Source of the DNA: Eutreptiella sp. 'Long Island Sound 2002'
Lineage: Eukaryota > Protista > Euglenida
Direction of reading: 5' to 3'
Assembly: GCA_964036045.1 (NCBI GenBank)
Contig: OZ038378.1
Coordinates: 20,336,001 to 20,400,000, forward strand
Length of the DNA stretch: 64,000 bases
Made by a program: the position numbers and the translations under genes. Positions 50,801 to 62,600 of the stretch are shown piece by piece; within the stretch, counting starts at the first letter, position 1; every line of letters begins with the position of its first letter. A model generated the notes under the pieces. That model was not told the DNA's origin. It saw nothing but the letters and a program-made list of their open reading frames with translations, and did no database searches.

Positions 50801-53119
50801 AACCCACAGGAGGAGGGGGTCCCGTTCACTATTCGCCTTGTTTTGCAGGTGGTGCCAACACATGTCTGTTCTGATGTTGGTCGCCTGCTCCCTGCCCCCC
50901 CCTCCATCTAGTGGGTGAAGCATCCACCACTGAGGCCACGCATGTCTGATGGTAGTTCAGCCCTGCTGAACTACTACCAAGCAACCGAGACAGCCCCCCG
51001 ACTTTCATTCCCCCCTCCCCGCTGCAACCCCCCTTCTTCTTTCCTTTCCCACCCAACCCCCCCCTCTCCGGTCCCCCAACGTCCTTGACCACCCCTTCTC
51101 CCTTCCTCCCCTAATGCCCCCACCTCTTTCCCCTCTCGCTGGAACATGGCATATTCCACGTTGCTTTGTCCTCGGATCACGTCCGTGTCAAACCGCCATC
51201 ATCCATCATCCCCCTTGGCACGTGCTGAATGGATCAGGGTTTTGACAGGGAAGAATGGGAAGATGAAGTGGAGTCCCGCACGTCGTCACAGCTGCTGGCA
51301 GAGGTACAGGCCCTCTCCCCGTTCGGTGTCGTTCAGTTTGCCTGCTGTAGTCGGACTTCCGAGGGGGTGCATGGGCCGGCTCAGATGCGGCAGGCGTCAA
51401 AAAAGTCTGCACTCGCCTGCTCAGCCGCCCCAATCAGAGTACTGTGTCTGGGCACATCAGTTGCACCCGCACATCGCTCCATGTGCGCCTTTTGTTTCCG
51501 GGCGCCCGGCAAGTCCCTCGTTCTAGGCGGTCCACTGCCCTGGACTCTTGGGCTTCGGACGGGGCCTCAGGCTCCAATCGTCGGTGGTTGCCCGACGAGG
51601 GTGCTGTGGGCTCTCCCTTGCAGATGCACGCCGCCCCGTCCTACAGCCAGCAAGGGCACGTGGGCTGGCAAGCGGCGGCATTCTAATTGGCGGTGGTTGA
51701 GAGGCGAGTCGCTGCACGAAAGGACGCCAACGCCACCCGCCGGTGGTTTCGGGTGTTGATGGTGAGCTGTTTGTTGTGGGGCAGATCGCCCTTTTGTGTC
51801 CAGCATTGATCCGGGGCTCAGCGTCTGGATGGAGACACGGGCGGGAAAGAAAACGTGCCATGGTGTTTAGACTCAGAAGAGAGGAAACCAGGATACGGAA
51901 CACCACCCGCAAAAGCCCCACCAACCCCCAAGCAGCACCTCAAAGCTAAGCCCTTTTAAGGGACCCCCCCCCCTCGCTTCAAGCTAACCCCCCCCCCCCT
52001 TCGTAGCTCTCCGACAACACGGCAGCCCAACCCATTGATTCCTCCAGCCCTGCCCCCTTTTCCCCATAGACTACCTTGATTGACAAAAGCAAACCGACAA
52101 AAGATGTAGTATGGGACCGTTGTACCTCATGGCAGCCACCCAGCTTTTATGGACTGACTGCCCCAAGCCCCCTTCCCACCCCCCAGAAAGCTGAAGTACC
52201 ATCGGCCACACTTACTCAGCCTTTATGGCACCCCCCCCCAAAAAAAGCTGCGTGGGAAGCAAAGAGTAGACGCCGCAAGGGGAGTAGCTGCAATGATGAG
52301 CAGCGGGACACGAATATCAGTCTCACCGACAAAACTGCCATCCCCCCCCCCCCCCCCAACTTGACAACGCAATAGGAAGATGGGGCATGCAAGCCCTCGG
52401 GGACCATATCGAATGTTGAAACCCCAGTTTTGTAAAAGTACTCATACCCAGGCGGCTGTACAGGTGGACAACGGAGCGCTTCCATCCTCACGTGCAGGTT
52501 CAAGTCCTGGTTAGCACGAGTTGTACAACACAATTTCACAAGTGCCAAGCCCATTTTGACCCAGAAAAACACACGTCGCTTGTGCTGCAACTCTCCTCTA
52601 TCCCCTTGATGTTCGGTAGTGTTGGCCCACATTGGTTGCCGCTGGTCCTACAGCTTCGAACTCCCTTCCCCTTCACCGTGCGATGCAATGCAGCTCATGG
52701 TCCCACTGGCCCCCGCCTGATGCCGTTGCAGGCGGAAAACGTCTGTGCACGTGTGAAGGCTCGCTTCACTCTGAGGTCACTTGAGGACCCTCACCACACT
52801 TCTGAGGCTGTCACCCCCATTGAGGGGACCGCCACTACTCATGCAGGAGCAGCAGCTGAGGTCTGTGCTTTTTCATGGTGATGATCCCATTTTGCGAAAC
52901 CTCAGCCCCTGCAAAGGCTGCACTGCCAGACAACTAGCGGACGCAGTCATCGTGAGACGTGTGAAGTTGCGCGGGTTCATTTGAGGATTGCCAAGAGTAA
53001 GGCAAGCTTTTGCAGGGTGGGCTAGTGGGATGGTAGCGTGTGGTGTGGTGTCGTGTGGTTTGGGACAGGTGTGGTGATTGGTGGGAGGTGTGCCGAACGC
53101 GCTGTTACCAGAAGGCAAT

Positions 53120-55825
53120 GGCCGGGACAACTCGTGCAATGCACTGCCACACTGCCCAGGGGCAGCAGGCAATGGAACTCCTGCAATGCACTGCCTCACT
53201 GCCTGTGGGCAGTGGGCAGTGGAACACTTGCTATGCAGGGCCACACTGCCTGTGGGCAGTGGGCAGAGGAACACCTGCAATGCACTGCCACACTGCCTAG
53301 GGGCAGTGGGCAGTGGAACTCCTGGAAAGCACTGCCACACTGCCCGGGGGCAGGGGCAATGGAACTGCTGCAATGCACTGCCACACTGCCCCAGGGCGGT
53401 GGGCACCGGAACTCCTGCTATGCACCGCCACACTGCCCGGGGGCAGTGGGCAGAGGAACACCTGCAATGCGCTGCCTCACTGCCTGCGGACAATGGGCAG
53501 TGGAACTCCTGGAATGCAACGCCACACTGCCTGGGGGCAGTGGGCAGTGGAACTTTTGCAATGCACTGCCACACTGCCTGTGGGCAGTGGGTAGTGCAAC
53601 TCGTGCAATGCACTGCCACACTGCCCGGGGGCAGCAGGCAATGGAACTCCTGCAATGCACTGCCTCACTGCCTGTGGGCAGTGGGCAGTGGAACTCTTGC
53701 TATGCAGGGCCACACTGCCTGTGGGCAGTGGGCAGAGGAACACCTGCAATGCAGTGCCACACTGCCTCGGGGCAGTGGGCAGTGGAACTCCTGGAAAGCA
53801 CTGCCACACTGCCCGGGGGCAGGGGCAATGGAACTGCTGCAATGCACTGCCACACTGCCCCAGGGCGGTGGGCACCGGAACTCCTGCTATGCACCGCCAC
53901 ACTGCCCGGGGGCAGTGGGCAGAGGAACACCTGCAATGCGCTGCCTCACTGCCTGTGGGCAGTGGGCAGTGGAACTCCTGCTATGCACCGCCACACTGCC
54001 TGGGGTCAGTGGGCAGTGGAACTCCTGCAAAGCACTGCCACATTGCCGGAGGGCGGTGGGCACTAGAACTCCTGCTATGCACTACCACACTGCCTGTGGG
54101 CAGTGGTGAGAGGAACACCTGCAATGCATTGCCACATTGCCCGGGGGCAGTGGGTAGTGGAACTCCTTCAAAACACTGCCACACTGCCCCGCGGCGGTGG
54201 TCACTGGAACTCCAGCTATGCACCGCCTACTGCTGCTGCAATGCACTGCCTCACTGCCTGTGGGAAGTCGGCAGAGGAACACCGGAACACCTGCAATGCA
54301 CTGCCACACTGCCCGGGGGCAGCGGGCAATGGAAGTGTTGCAGTGCACTGCCACACTGCCCGAGGGCGGTTGGCACTGGAACTACTGCAATGCACTGCCT
54401 CGCTGCATGTGGGCAGTGGGCAGTGGAACTCCTGCTATGCACCGCCACACTGCTTGTGGGTAGTGGGCAGAGGACCACCTGTGATGCACTGCCACACTGC
54501 CTGGGGGTAGTGGGCAGTGGAACTCTTGCAATGCACTGCCACACTGCCTTTGGGCAGTGGGCAGTGCAACTCCTACAATGCACTGCCACACTGCCCGGGG
54601 GTAGTGGGCAGTGGAACTCCTGCAATGCTCTGCCTCACTGCCTGTGGGTAGTGGGCAGTGGAACTCCTTCTATGCACGGCCACACTGCTTGTGGGCAGTG
54701 GGCCGAGGAACACTTGCAATGCACTGCCACACTGCCTAAGGGCAGTGGGCAGTGGAACTCCTGCAAAGCACTACCACACTGCCCGGGGGCAGCGGGCTAT
54801 GGAACTGCTGCAATGCACTGCCACACTGCCCGACGGCGGTGGGCACTAGAACTCCTGCTATGCACCGCCACACTGCCCGGGGGCAGCAGGCAATGGAACT
54901 CTTGCAATGCACTGCCACACTGCCTGAGGGAGTTGGGCACTGCACCTGCTGCAATGCACTACCTCAATGCCTGTGGGCAGTGGGCCGTGGAACTCGTGCT
55001 ATGCAGGGCTACACTGCTTGTGGGCAGTGGGCAGTGGAACTCTTGTAAAGCACTGCCACACTGCCCGGCGGCAGCGGGCAATGGAACTCCTGCAATGCAC
55101 TGCCACACTACCCGAGGGCGGTGGGCACTGGAACTCCTGCTATGCACCGCCACACTGCCTGTGGGCAATGGTAAGAGGAACTCCTGCAATGCACTGCCAC
55201 ACTGCCCGGGGGCAGCGGGCAATGGAAATACTGCAATGCACTGCCACACTGCCCCAGGGCGGTGGGCACTAGAAATACTGCTATGCACCGCCCGCTGCTC
55301 CTGCAATGCACTGCCTCACTACCTGTGGAGAGTCGGCAGAGGAACACCGGAACACTTGCAATGCACTGCCACACTGCCCGGCGGCAGCGGGCAATGGACG
55401 TGCTGCAGTGCACTGCCACACTGCCCGAGGGCGGTGGGCACTGGAACTACTGCAATGCACTGCCTCACTGCCTGTTGGCAGTGGGTAGTGGAACTCTTGC
55501 TATGCACCGCCACACTGCTTGTGGGCAGTGGGCAGTGGAACTCCTACAATGCACCGCCACACTACCCGGGGGTAGTGGGCATTGGAACTCTTGCAATGCA
55601 CTGCCACACTGCTTGGGGGCAGTGGGCAGTGGAACTCCTACAATGCACTGCCACACTGCCCGGGGGTAGTGGGCAGTGGAACTCCTGCAATGCACTGCCT
55701 TACTGCCCGGGGGCAGCAGGCAATGGAACTCCTGCAATGCAGTGCCACACTGCCCCAGGGCGGTGGGCACTAGAAGTGCTGCAATGCAGTGCCTCACTGC
55801 CTGTGGGCAGTGGGCAGTGGAACTT
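53120..55825. repeat. 47-bp satellite with a 10-mer (469-bp) higher-order repeat
   Basis: Consensus gaactcctgcaatgcactgccacactgcc(c/t)ggggcagtgggcagtg. The variant series starting ggcagcaggcaatgg recurs at 53161 and 53630. Confidence 0.95.
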
Positions 55826-56305
55826 TTGTAACGCGCACTAGGGGCTCTTTGTACTTATGGCTCGTGTGTGGGACCGCAGTGGGACCTCTTTGAAAGCTTG
55901 GCCTGTGTGCGTGAGTGCACCGGGGCAACACAGAAATCCTTGCCACTGTGCGGGAGCGCACTGGTGCTTCTGTGAAGTCATGGCCCTGGTGCGGGAGCGC
56001 GTGGGGGCCCCTTTGAAGAAATGGCCCCTGTGCGGGAGCGCACAGCGGCCTCTTTGAAGTCATGGCCCCTGTGCGGGAGCGCACAGGGGCCTCTAGGAAG
56101 TCATGGCCCTTGTGCAGGAGCGCACATGGGCTTCTTTGAAGTCATGGCCCTTGTGCGGGAGCGCACCGCGGGCCCCTTGTACTTATGGCCCCTGTGCGGG
56201 ATCGCAGTGAGACCTTTGTGAAGTCATGGCCCCTGTGCCGGAGCGCACTAGGGCTTCGCTGAAGTCATGGCCCCTGTGCGGGAGCGCACTAGGGGCCCTT
56301 TGTAC

Positions 56306-56642
56306 GGATCCTGCACATGGGTCATAAATACAAAGGGCCCCCAGTGCGCTCCCGCAAAGGGGTCATGACTTCAAAGAGGCCCCAGTGCGCTCCCGCATGG
56401 GGGCCATGATTTCCAAGGGGGCCCTGTGCGCTCCCGCAGAGGTGCCATAATTACAACGAACCCCCAGTGCGCTCCCGCACAAAGGCTATGACTTTAAAGG
56501 GGCTCCAGTGCGCTCCCGCATAGGTGCCATGACTTCAAACAAGCCCCATTGCATTCCCGCAAAGGGGCCATGACGTCAAAGGGGCCCCAGTGCGCTCCCG
56601 CACAGGGGCCATGTCTTCAAAGAGGTCACAGTGCGATCTTGC
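56306..56642 (-). repeat. Inverted block of about 8 monomers inside the 41-bp satellite
   Basis: Monomers read cagtgcgctcccgca...catgacttcaaag, the reverse complement of the consensus. Confidence 0.92.
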
Positions 56643-59420
56643 CCCTTTGCGGGATCACACTGAGACCCCTTTGAAGACATGGCCCTTGTGTGGGAGCGCA
56701 CTGGGCCCTTTTGAAGTCATGGCCCGTGTGCAGAAGTGCACTGGGGCTCCTTTGACGTCATGGCTCCTGTGCGGGAGCGCACCCGGGCCTCTTTGAAGTC
56801 ATGGCTCCTGTGCAGGAGCGCACTAGGGGCCCTTTGTACTTATGGCCCCTTTGCCCGAGCGCACTGGGGCCCCTTTGAAGTCATGGCTCCTGTGCGGCAG
56901 CGCACTTGGGCCTCTTTGAAATCATGGCCCTTGTGCGGGAGCACACGGAGACCTCTTTGAAGTCCTGGCCCCTGTGCGGGAGCGCACTGGGGCCCCTTTG
57001 AAGACATGGCCCTTGAGCGGGAGCGCACTGGAGCCTGTTTGAAGTCACGGCTCCTGTGTGGGATCGCACTGGGGCCTCTTTGAAGTCATGGCTCCTGTGT
57101 GGGAGCGCACTGGGGCCTCTTTGAAGTCATGGCCATTGTGTGGGAGCGCATTGGGGCCTCTTTGAAGTCATGGCCATTGTGCGGGAGCGCAGTGGGGCTT
57201 CTTTGAAGTCATGGCCTTTGTGCGGGAGCGCACTGGGGCCCCTTTGAAGTCATGGCCATTGTGCGGGAGCGCAGTGGGGCTTCTTTGAAGTCATGGCCAC
57301 TATGCGGGAGCGCACTGGCGCCCCTTTGAAGTCATGGCCCCTGTGCGGGAGCGTAGTGGGCCCTCTTTGAAGTCATGACCCCTAATCGGGAGCGCACCGG
57401 GGCCACTTTGAAGTCATGGCCCCTCTGCGGGAGTACACAGAGACCTCTTTGAAGTCCTGGCCCCTAAGCGGGAGCGCACCGGGGCCCCTTTGAAGACATG
57501 GCCCTTGAGCGGGAGCGCACTGGAGCCTGTTTGAAGTCACGACTCCTGTGTGGGATCGCACTGAGACCTCTTTGAAGACATGGCTCCTGTGCGGGAGCGC
57601 AGTGGGGGCCCTTTGTACTCATGGCCCCTGCGCGGGATCACACTGGGGCCTCTTTGAAGTCATGGCTCCTGTGCGGGAGCGCAGTGGGGCTTCTTTGAAG
57701 TCATGGCCCCTATGCGGGAGCGCACTGGCGCCCCTTTGAAGTCATGGCCCCTGTGCGGGAGCGTAGTGGGCCCTCTTTGAAGTCATGACCCCTTATCGGG
57801 AGCGCACTGGGGCCACTTTGAAGTCAAGGCCCTTGTGTGGGAGCGTAGTGGGGCCTCTTTGAAGTCATGGCCTTTGTGCGGGAGCGCAGTGGGGCCACTT
57901 TGAAGTCATGGCCCTTGTGTGGGAGCGTAGTGGGGCCTCTTTGAAGTCATGGCTCCAGTGCTAGAGCGCACCGGGGGCCCTTTGTACTCATGCCCTCTCT
58001 GCGGGATCGCAGTGAGACCTTTTTGAACTCATGGCCCCTAAAGTCATGGCTCTTGTGCGGGAGCGCAGTGGGGGCCCTTTGTACTCATGGCCCGTGTGCG
58101 GGATCGCACGAAGGCTTCTTTGAAGTCATGACGCCTGTGCAGGAGCGCACCGGGGCGCCTTTGAAGTCTCGGCCCCTCCGCGGGAGCGCACTGAGGCCTC
58201 TTGGAAGTCATGGCTCCTGTGCGGGAGCACATTGGGGCCGCTTTGAAGTCATGGCCCCTGTGCGGGAGCGCACTGGGGCTTCTTGGAAGTCATGGCCACT
58301 GTGCGGGAGCGCACTAGTGCCCCTTTGAAGTCATGGCCCCTGTGTGGGAGCTTAGTGCGGCCTCTTCGAAGTCATGACCCCTATGCGGGAGTGCACGGGG
58401 GCCTCTTTGAAGTCATGGCCCCTGTGTGGGAGCACAGTGGGGCTTGTTTGAAGCCATGGCTCTTGTGCTTGAGCACACTGCGGGCCCTTTGTATTTATGC
58501 CCCCTGTGCGGGATCGCAGTGAGACCTCTTTGAAGTCATGCCCCTTGTGAAGGAGCACACCGGGGCCCCTTCGAAGTCATGGCCTCTGTGCGCGAGCGCA
58601 CTGGGGCCTCTTTGAAGCCATGACCCATTTGCGGGAGCACAGTGGGGCCTCTTTGAAGTCATGGCCCCTTTGTGGGAGCGCAGTGGGGCCTCACAGAAAT
58701 CGTGGCCCATGTGCGGGAGCACATCGGGGCTTCTTTGAAGTCATGGCCCCTGTGCGGGAGCGCACAGGGCCCTCTTTGAAGTCACGGCCCCCGTGCGTGA
58801 CTGCATTGGGGCCTCCTTCAAGTCATGGCCCTTGTGCGCGATCAGAAAGGGGCCTCTTTGAAGTCATGGGCCTTGTGCAGGAGCGCACTGGGGCCTCCTT
58901 TGTACTTATGGCACCTGTGCGGGTTCGCGCTGGGGCCTTTTTGAAGTCATGGGTCCTGTGCGGGAGCGCAGTGGGGGCCCTTTGTACTCATGGCCCCTGT
59001 GCATGATCGCACTGACTTCTTTGAAGTCATGATGCTTGTGCATGAGCGCACCGGGGCGCCTTTGAAGTCATGGCCCCTGCGCGGGATCGCACTGAGACCT
59101 CTTTGAAGTCATGCCTGCTGTGCGGGAGCGCTCTAGGGCCTCTTTGAAGTCATGGCCCCTGTGCGGGAGCGCACTGGGGCTTCTTTGAAGTCAGGGCCCC
59201 TATGCGGGATTGCACGGGGCCTCTTTGAAGTCATGGCCCATGTGTGGGGGCGCTCTAGGGCCTCTTTGAAGTCATGGCCCCTGTGCGGGAGCGCACTGGG
59301 GCTTCTTTGAAGTCAGGGCCCCTATGCGGGATTGCACGGGGCCTCTTTGAAGTCATGGCCCATGTGTGGGAGCGCACTGGGAGCTCTTTGAAGTCATGGC
59401 TCTTGTGCGGGAGCGCACTG

Positions 59421-59649
59421 CAGTGATGGATCTAATTTGTGCGCCACTCAGGGGGTGGGGGGGGGTAGTGAATTGTGACATGTCACAAAAAATACAATAG
59501 GCCATAGTGGGAAAACAGCTTTTCTGAAAATATTGTGACACCCAAAAGGCTGTGACCGGGTTTTTTTGTGACGCGTATTGTGACGCCTCGTCACAAAACG
59601 GGGGGGGGGGGGGGAGGGACACCCACCCCCCCAATTAGATCCATCACTG
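59421..59649. mobile_element. 229-bp hAT-type MITE
   Basis: Perfect 17-bp TIRs cagtgatggatctaatt / aattagatccatcactg; exact 8-bp TSD gcgcactg (59413-59420, 59650-59657); about 7 internal GTGAC/GTCAC motifs; no ORF. Confidence 0.93.
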
Positions 59650-62600
59650 GCGCACTGGGGGCCATGTTTTTATGGCCCGTGTGCGAGATCACAGAGAGAC
59701 CTCTTTGAAGTCATGGCCCCTATGTGGGAGCACGATGGGGCCTCTTTGAAGTCATGCCCTCTGTGCGGGAGCGCACTGGGGCCTCTTTGAAGTCATGGCC
59801 TTTGTGCGGGAGCGCACTGGGGCCTCTTTGAAGTCATGGCCTTTGTGCGGGAGCGCACTGGGGCCCTTTTGAAGTCATGGCCCCTATGTGCGAGCGCACT
59901 GGGGCCTCTTTGAAGTCATGGCTGTTGTGCGGGAGCGCACTCGGGGCCCTTTGTACTTATGGCCCCTGTGTGGGATTGCGGTGAGACCTCTTTGAAGTCA
60001 TGCCCCTTGTGCGCCACCACACTGGGTCCCCTCTGATTACATGGCCTCTGTGTGAGGGCACACTGGGGCCTCTTTGAAGTCATGGCCCTTGGCGGGAGCG
60101 CACAAGGGCCTCTTTGAAGCCATGGCCGCTGTGCGGGAGCGCACTGGAGGCCCTTTGTACTTATGGCCCCTGTGCAGGATTGCACTGAAACCTCTTTGAA
60201 GACATGTCCCCTGTGCGGGAGCACAGTAGGCCCCCTTTGAAGTCATGGCCACTGTGCTGGAGCGCAGCGGGGCCTCACCGAAACCGTGGCCCCTGTGCGG
60301 GCGCACATTGGGGCTTCTTTGTTGTCATGGCCCCTTTGCGGGAGCACACTTGGGCCCCTTTGTACTTACGGCCCCTGTGCGGGATCGCGGTGAGAACTCT
60401 TTGAATAAATTGCTCTTGTGTGGAAGCGCACTGGGGCCTCTTTGAAGTCATAGCCCCTATGCGGGAGCGTTGTGGTGCTTCACAGAAATCGTGGCCCTTG
60501 TGTAGGAGCACACAGGGGCCTCTTTGAAGTTACGACCCCCGTGCGTGACTGCATTGGGGCCTCTTTCAAGTCATGGCCCCTGTGCGCGATCAGAAAGGGG
60601 CCTCTTTGAAGTCATGGGCCCTGTGCAGGGGCGCACTGGGGCCTCTTTGTACTTATGGCCCTTGTGCGGGATCACATTGGGGCCCTTTTGAGGTCATGGC
60701 CCCTATGCTGGAGTGCGGTGGGGCCTTCTTAAAGTCATGGCTCCTGTGCGGGAGCGTAGTGGGGGCCCTTTGTACTCATGGCCCCTGTGCAGGATCGCAT
60801 TGAGACTTCTTTGAAGTCATGATGCTTGTGCATGAGCGCACCGGGGCGCCTTTGAAGTCTTGGCCCCTGCGCGGGATTGCACTGAGACCTCTTTGAATTC
60901 ATGGCTCATGTGCGGGAGTGCACTGGGGCTTCTTTAAAGTCATGCCCCCTGTGCGGGAGCGCACTGGGGGCCCTTTGAAGTCATGGCCTTTGTGCAGGAG
61001 CGCACTGGGGCCCCTTTGAAGTCATGGCCCCTGTGTGGGAGCGCACTGGGGCCTCTTTGAAGTCATGGCCCCTGTGCGCGAGCACAATGGGGCCTCTTTG
61101 AAGTCATGGCTCCTGTGCGCGAGCACAATGGGGCCTCTTTGAAGTCATAGCCCTTGTGCGGGAGCGCACAGGGGGCTCTTTGCATTCACGGCCCCCGTGT
61201 GTGACTACATTGGGGCCTCTTTCAAGTCATAGCCCTTGTGTGGGACCGGATTGGGGCCTCTTTGAAGTCATGGCCCCTGTGCGGGAGCGCAGTGGGGCCT
61301 CTTTGTACTCATGGCCCTTGTGCAAGATGGCACTGAGACTTCTTTGAAGTCATGACGCCTGTCAGGAGCGCACCGGGGCCCGTTTGAAGTCATGGCCACG
61401 GCGCGGGATCGTCGTGAGACCTCTTTGAAGTCATGCCTGCTGTGCGGGAGCGCACCGGGGCTACTTTGAAGTCATGGCCACTATGCGGGAGCGCACCGGG
61501 GCCTCTTTGAAGTCATGGCCACTGTGCGGGATTCCACTGGGGCCTCTTTAAAGTCATGGCCCCTGTGCAGGATTGCACTGAGACCTCTTTAAAGACATGT
61601 CCCCTGTACGGGAGCGCAATAAGCCCCCTTTGAAGTCATGCCCCCCGTGCCGGAGCGCAGCGGGGCCTCACCGAAACCGTGGCCCCTTTGCGGGCGCACA
61701 TTGGGGCTTCTTTGACGTCATGGCCCCTGTGTAGGAGCACACCGGGGGCCCTTTGTACTTATGGCCCCTGTGCGGGATCGCGGTGAGACCTCTTTGAATG
61801 TGTGGGAGCGCACTGGGGCCTCTTTGAAGTCATAGTCCCTGTGCGAGAGCGCTGTGGTGCTTCACAGAAATGGTGGCATTTGTGTAGGAGCAGATTGGGG
61901 CTTCTTTGAAGTCATGGCCCCTGTGCGGGAGCACACAGGGGTCTCTTTGAAGTCACGGCCCCCGTGTGTGACTGCATTGGGGCCTCTTTCAAGTCATGGC
62001 CCTTGTACGCGATGGAATGGGGCCTCTTTGAAGTCATGGGCCCTGTGCAGGAGCGCACTGGGGCCTCTTTGTACTTATGGCCCCTGTGCGGGATCGCGCT
62101 AAGGCCCTTTCGAAGTCATGGCCCCTATGCTGGAGCGCGGTGGGGCCTTTTTGAAGTCATGGCTCTTGCGCGGGAGCGCAGTGGGGGCCCTTTGTACTCA
62201 TGGCCCCTGTGCAGGATCGCACTGAGACTTCTTTGAAGTCATGATGCTTGTGCATGAGCGCACCGGGGCGCCTTTGAAGTCATGGCCACTGTGCGGGAGC
62301 GCACTGGGCCCCCTTTTGAAGTCATGGCCACTGTGCGGGAGCGCACTGGTGGCCCTTTGAAGTCATGGCCACTATGTGGGAGTGCACTGGGGCCTCTTTG
62401 AAGTCATGGCCCGTGCATGGGAGCGCACTGGTGCCTCTTTGAAGTCATGGCTCTTTTGCGGGAGCGCACTGTGGGCCCTTTGTACTTATGGCCCTTGTGC
62501 GGGGTCGCAGTGAGACCTCTTTGAAGTCCTAGCCCCTGTGCGGGGTCGCAGTGAGACCTCTTTGAAGTTATGGCCCTTGTGCGGGAGCGCACCGGGGGCC

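Noticed and set aside
53038-55841. Long Cys/His-rich ORFs (up to 728 aa)
   Set aside because: Translation of the 47-bp satellite; open on several frames and strands, cycling through the same three peptides.
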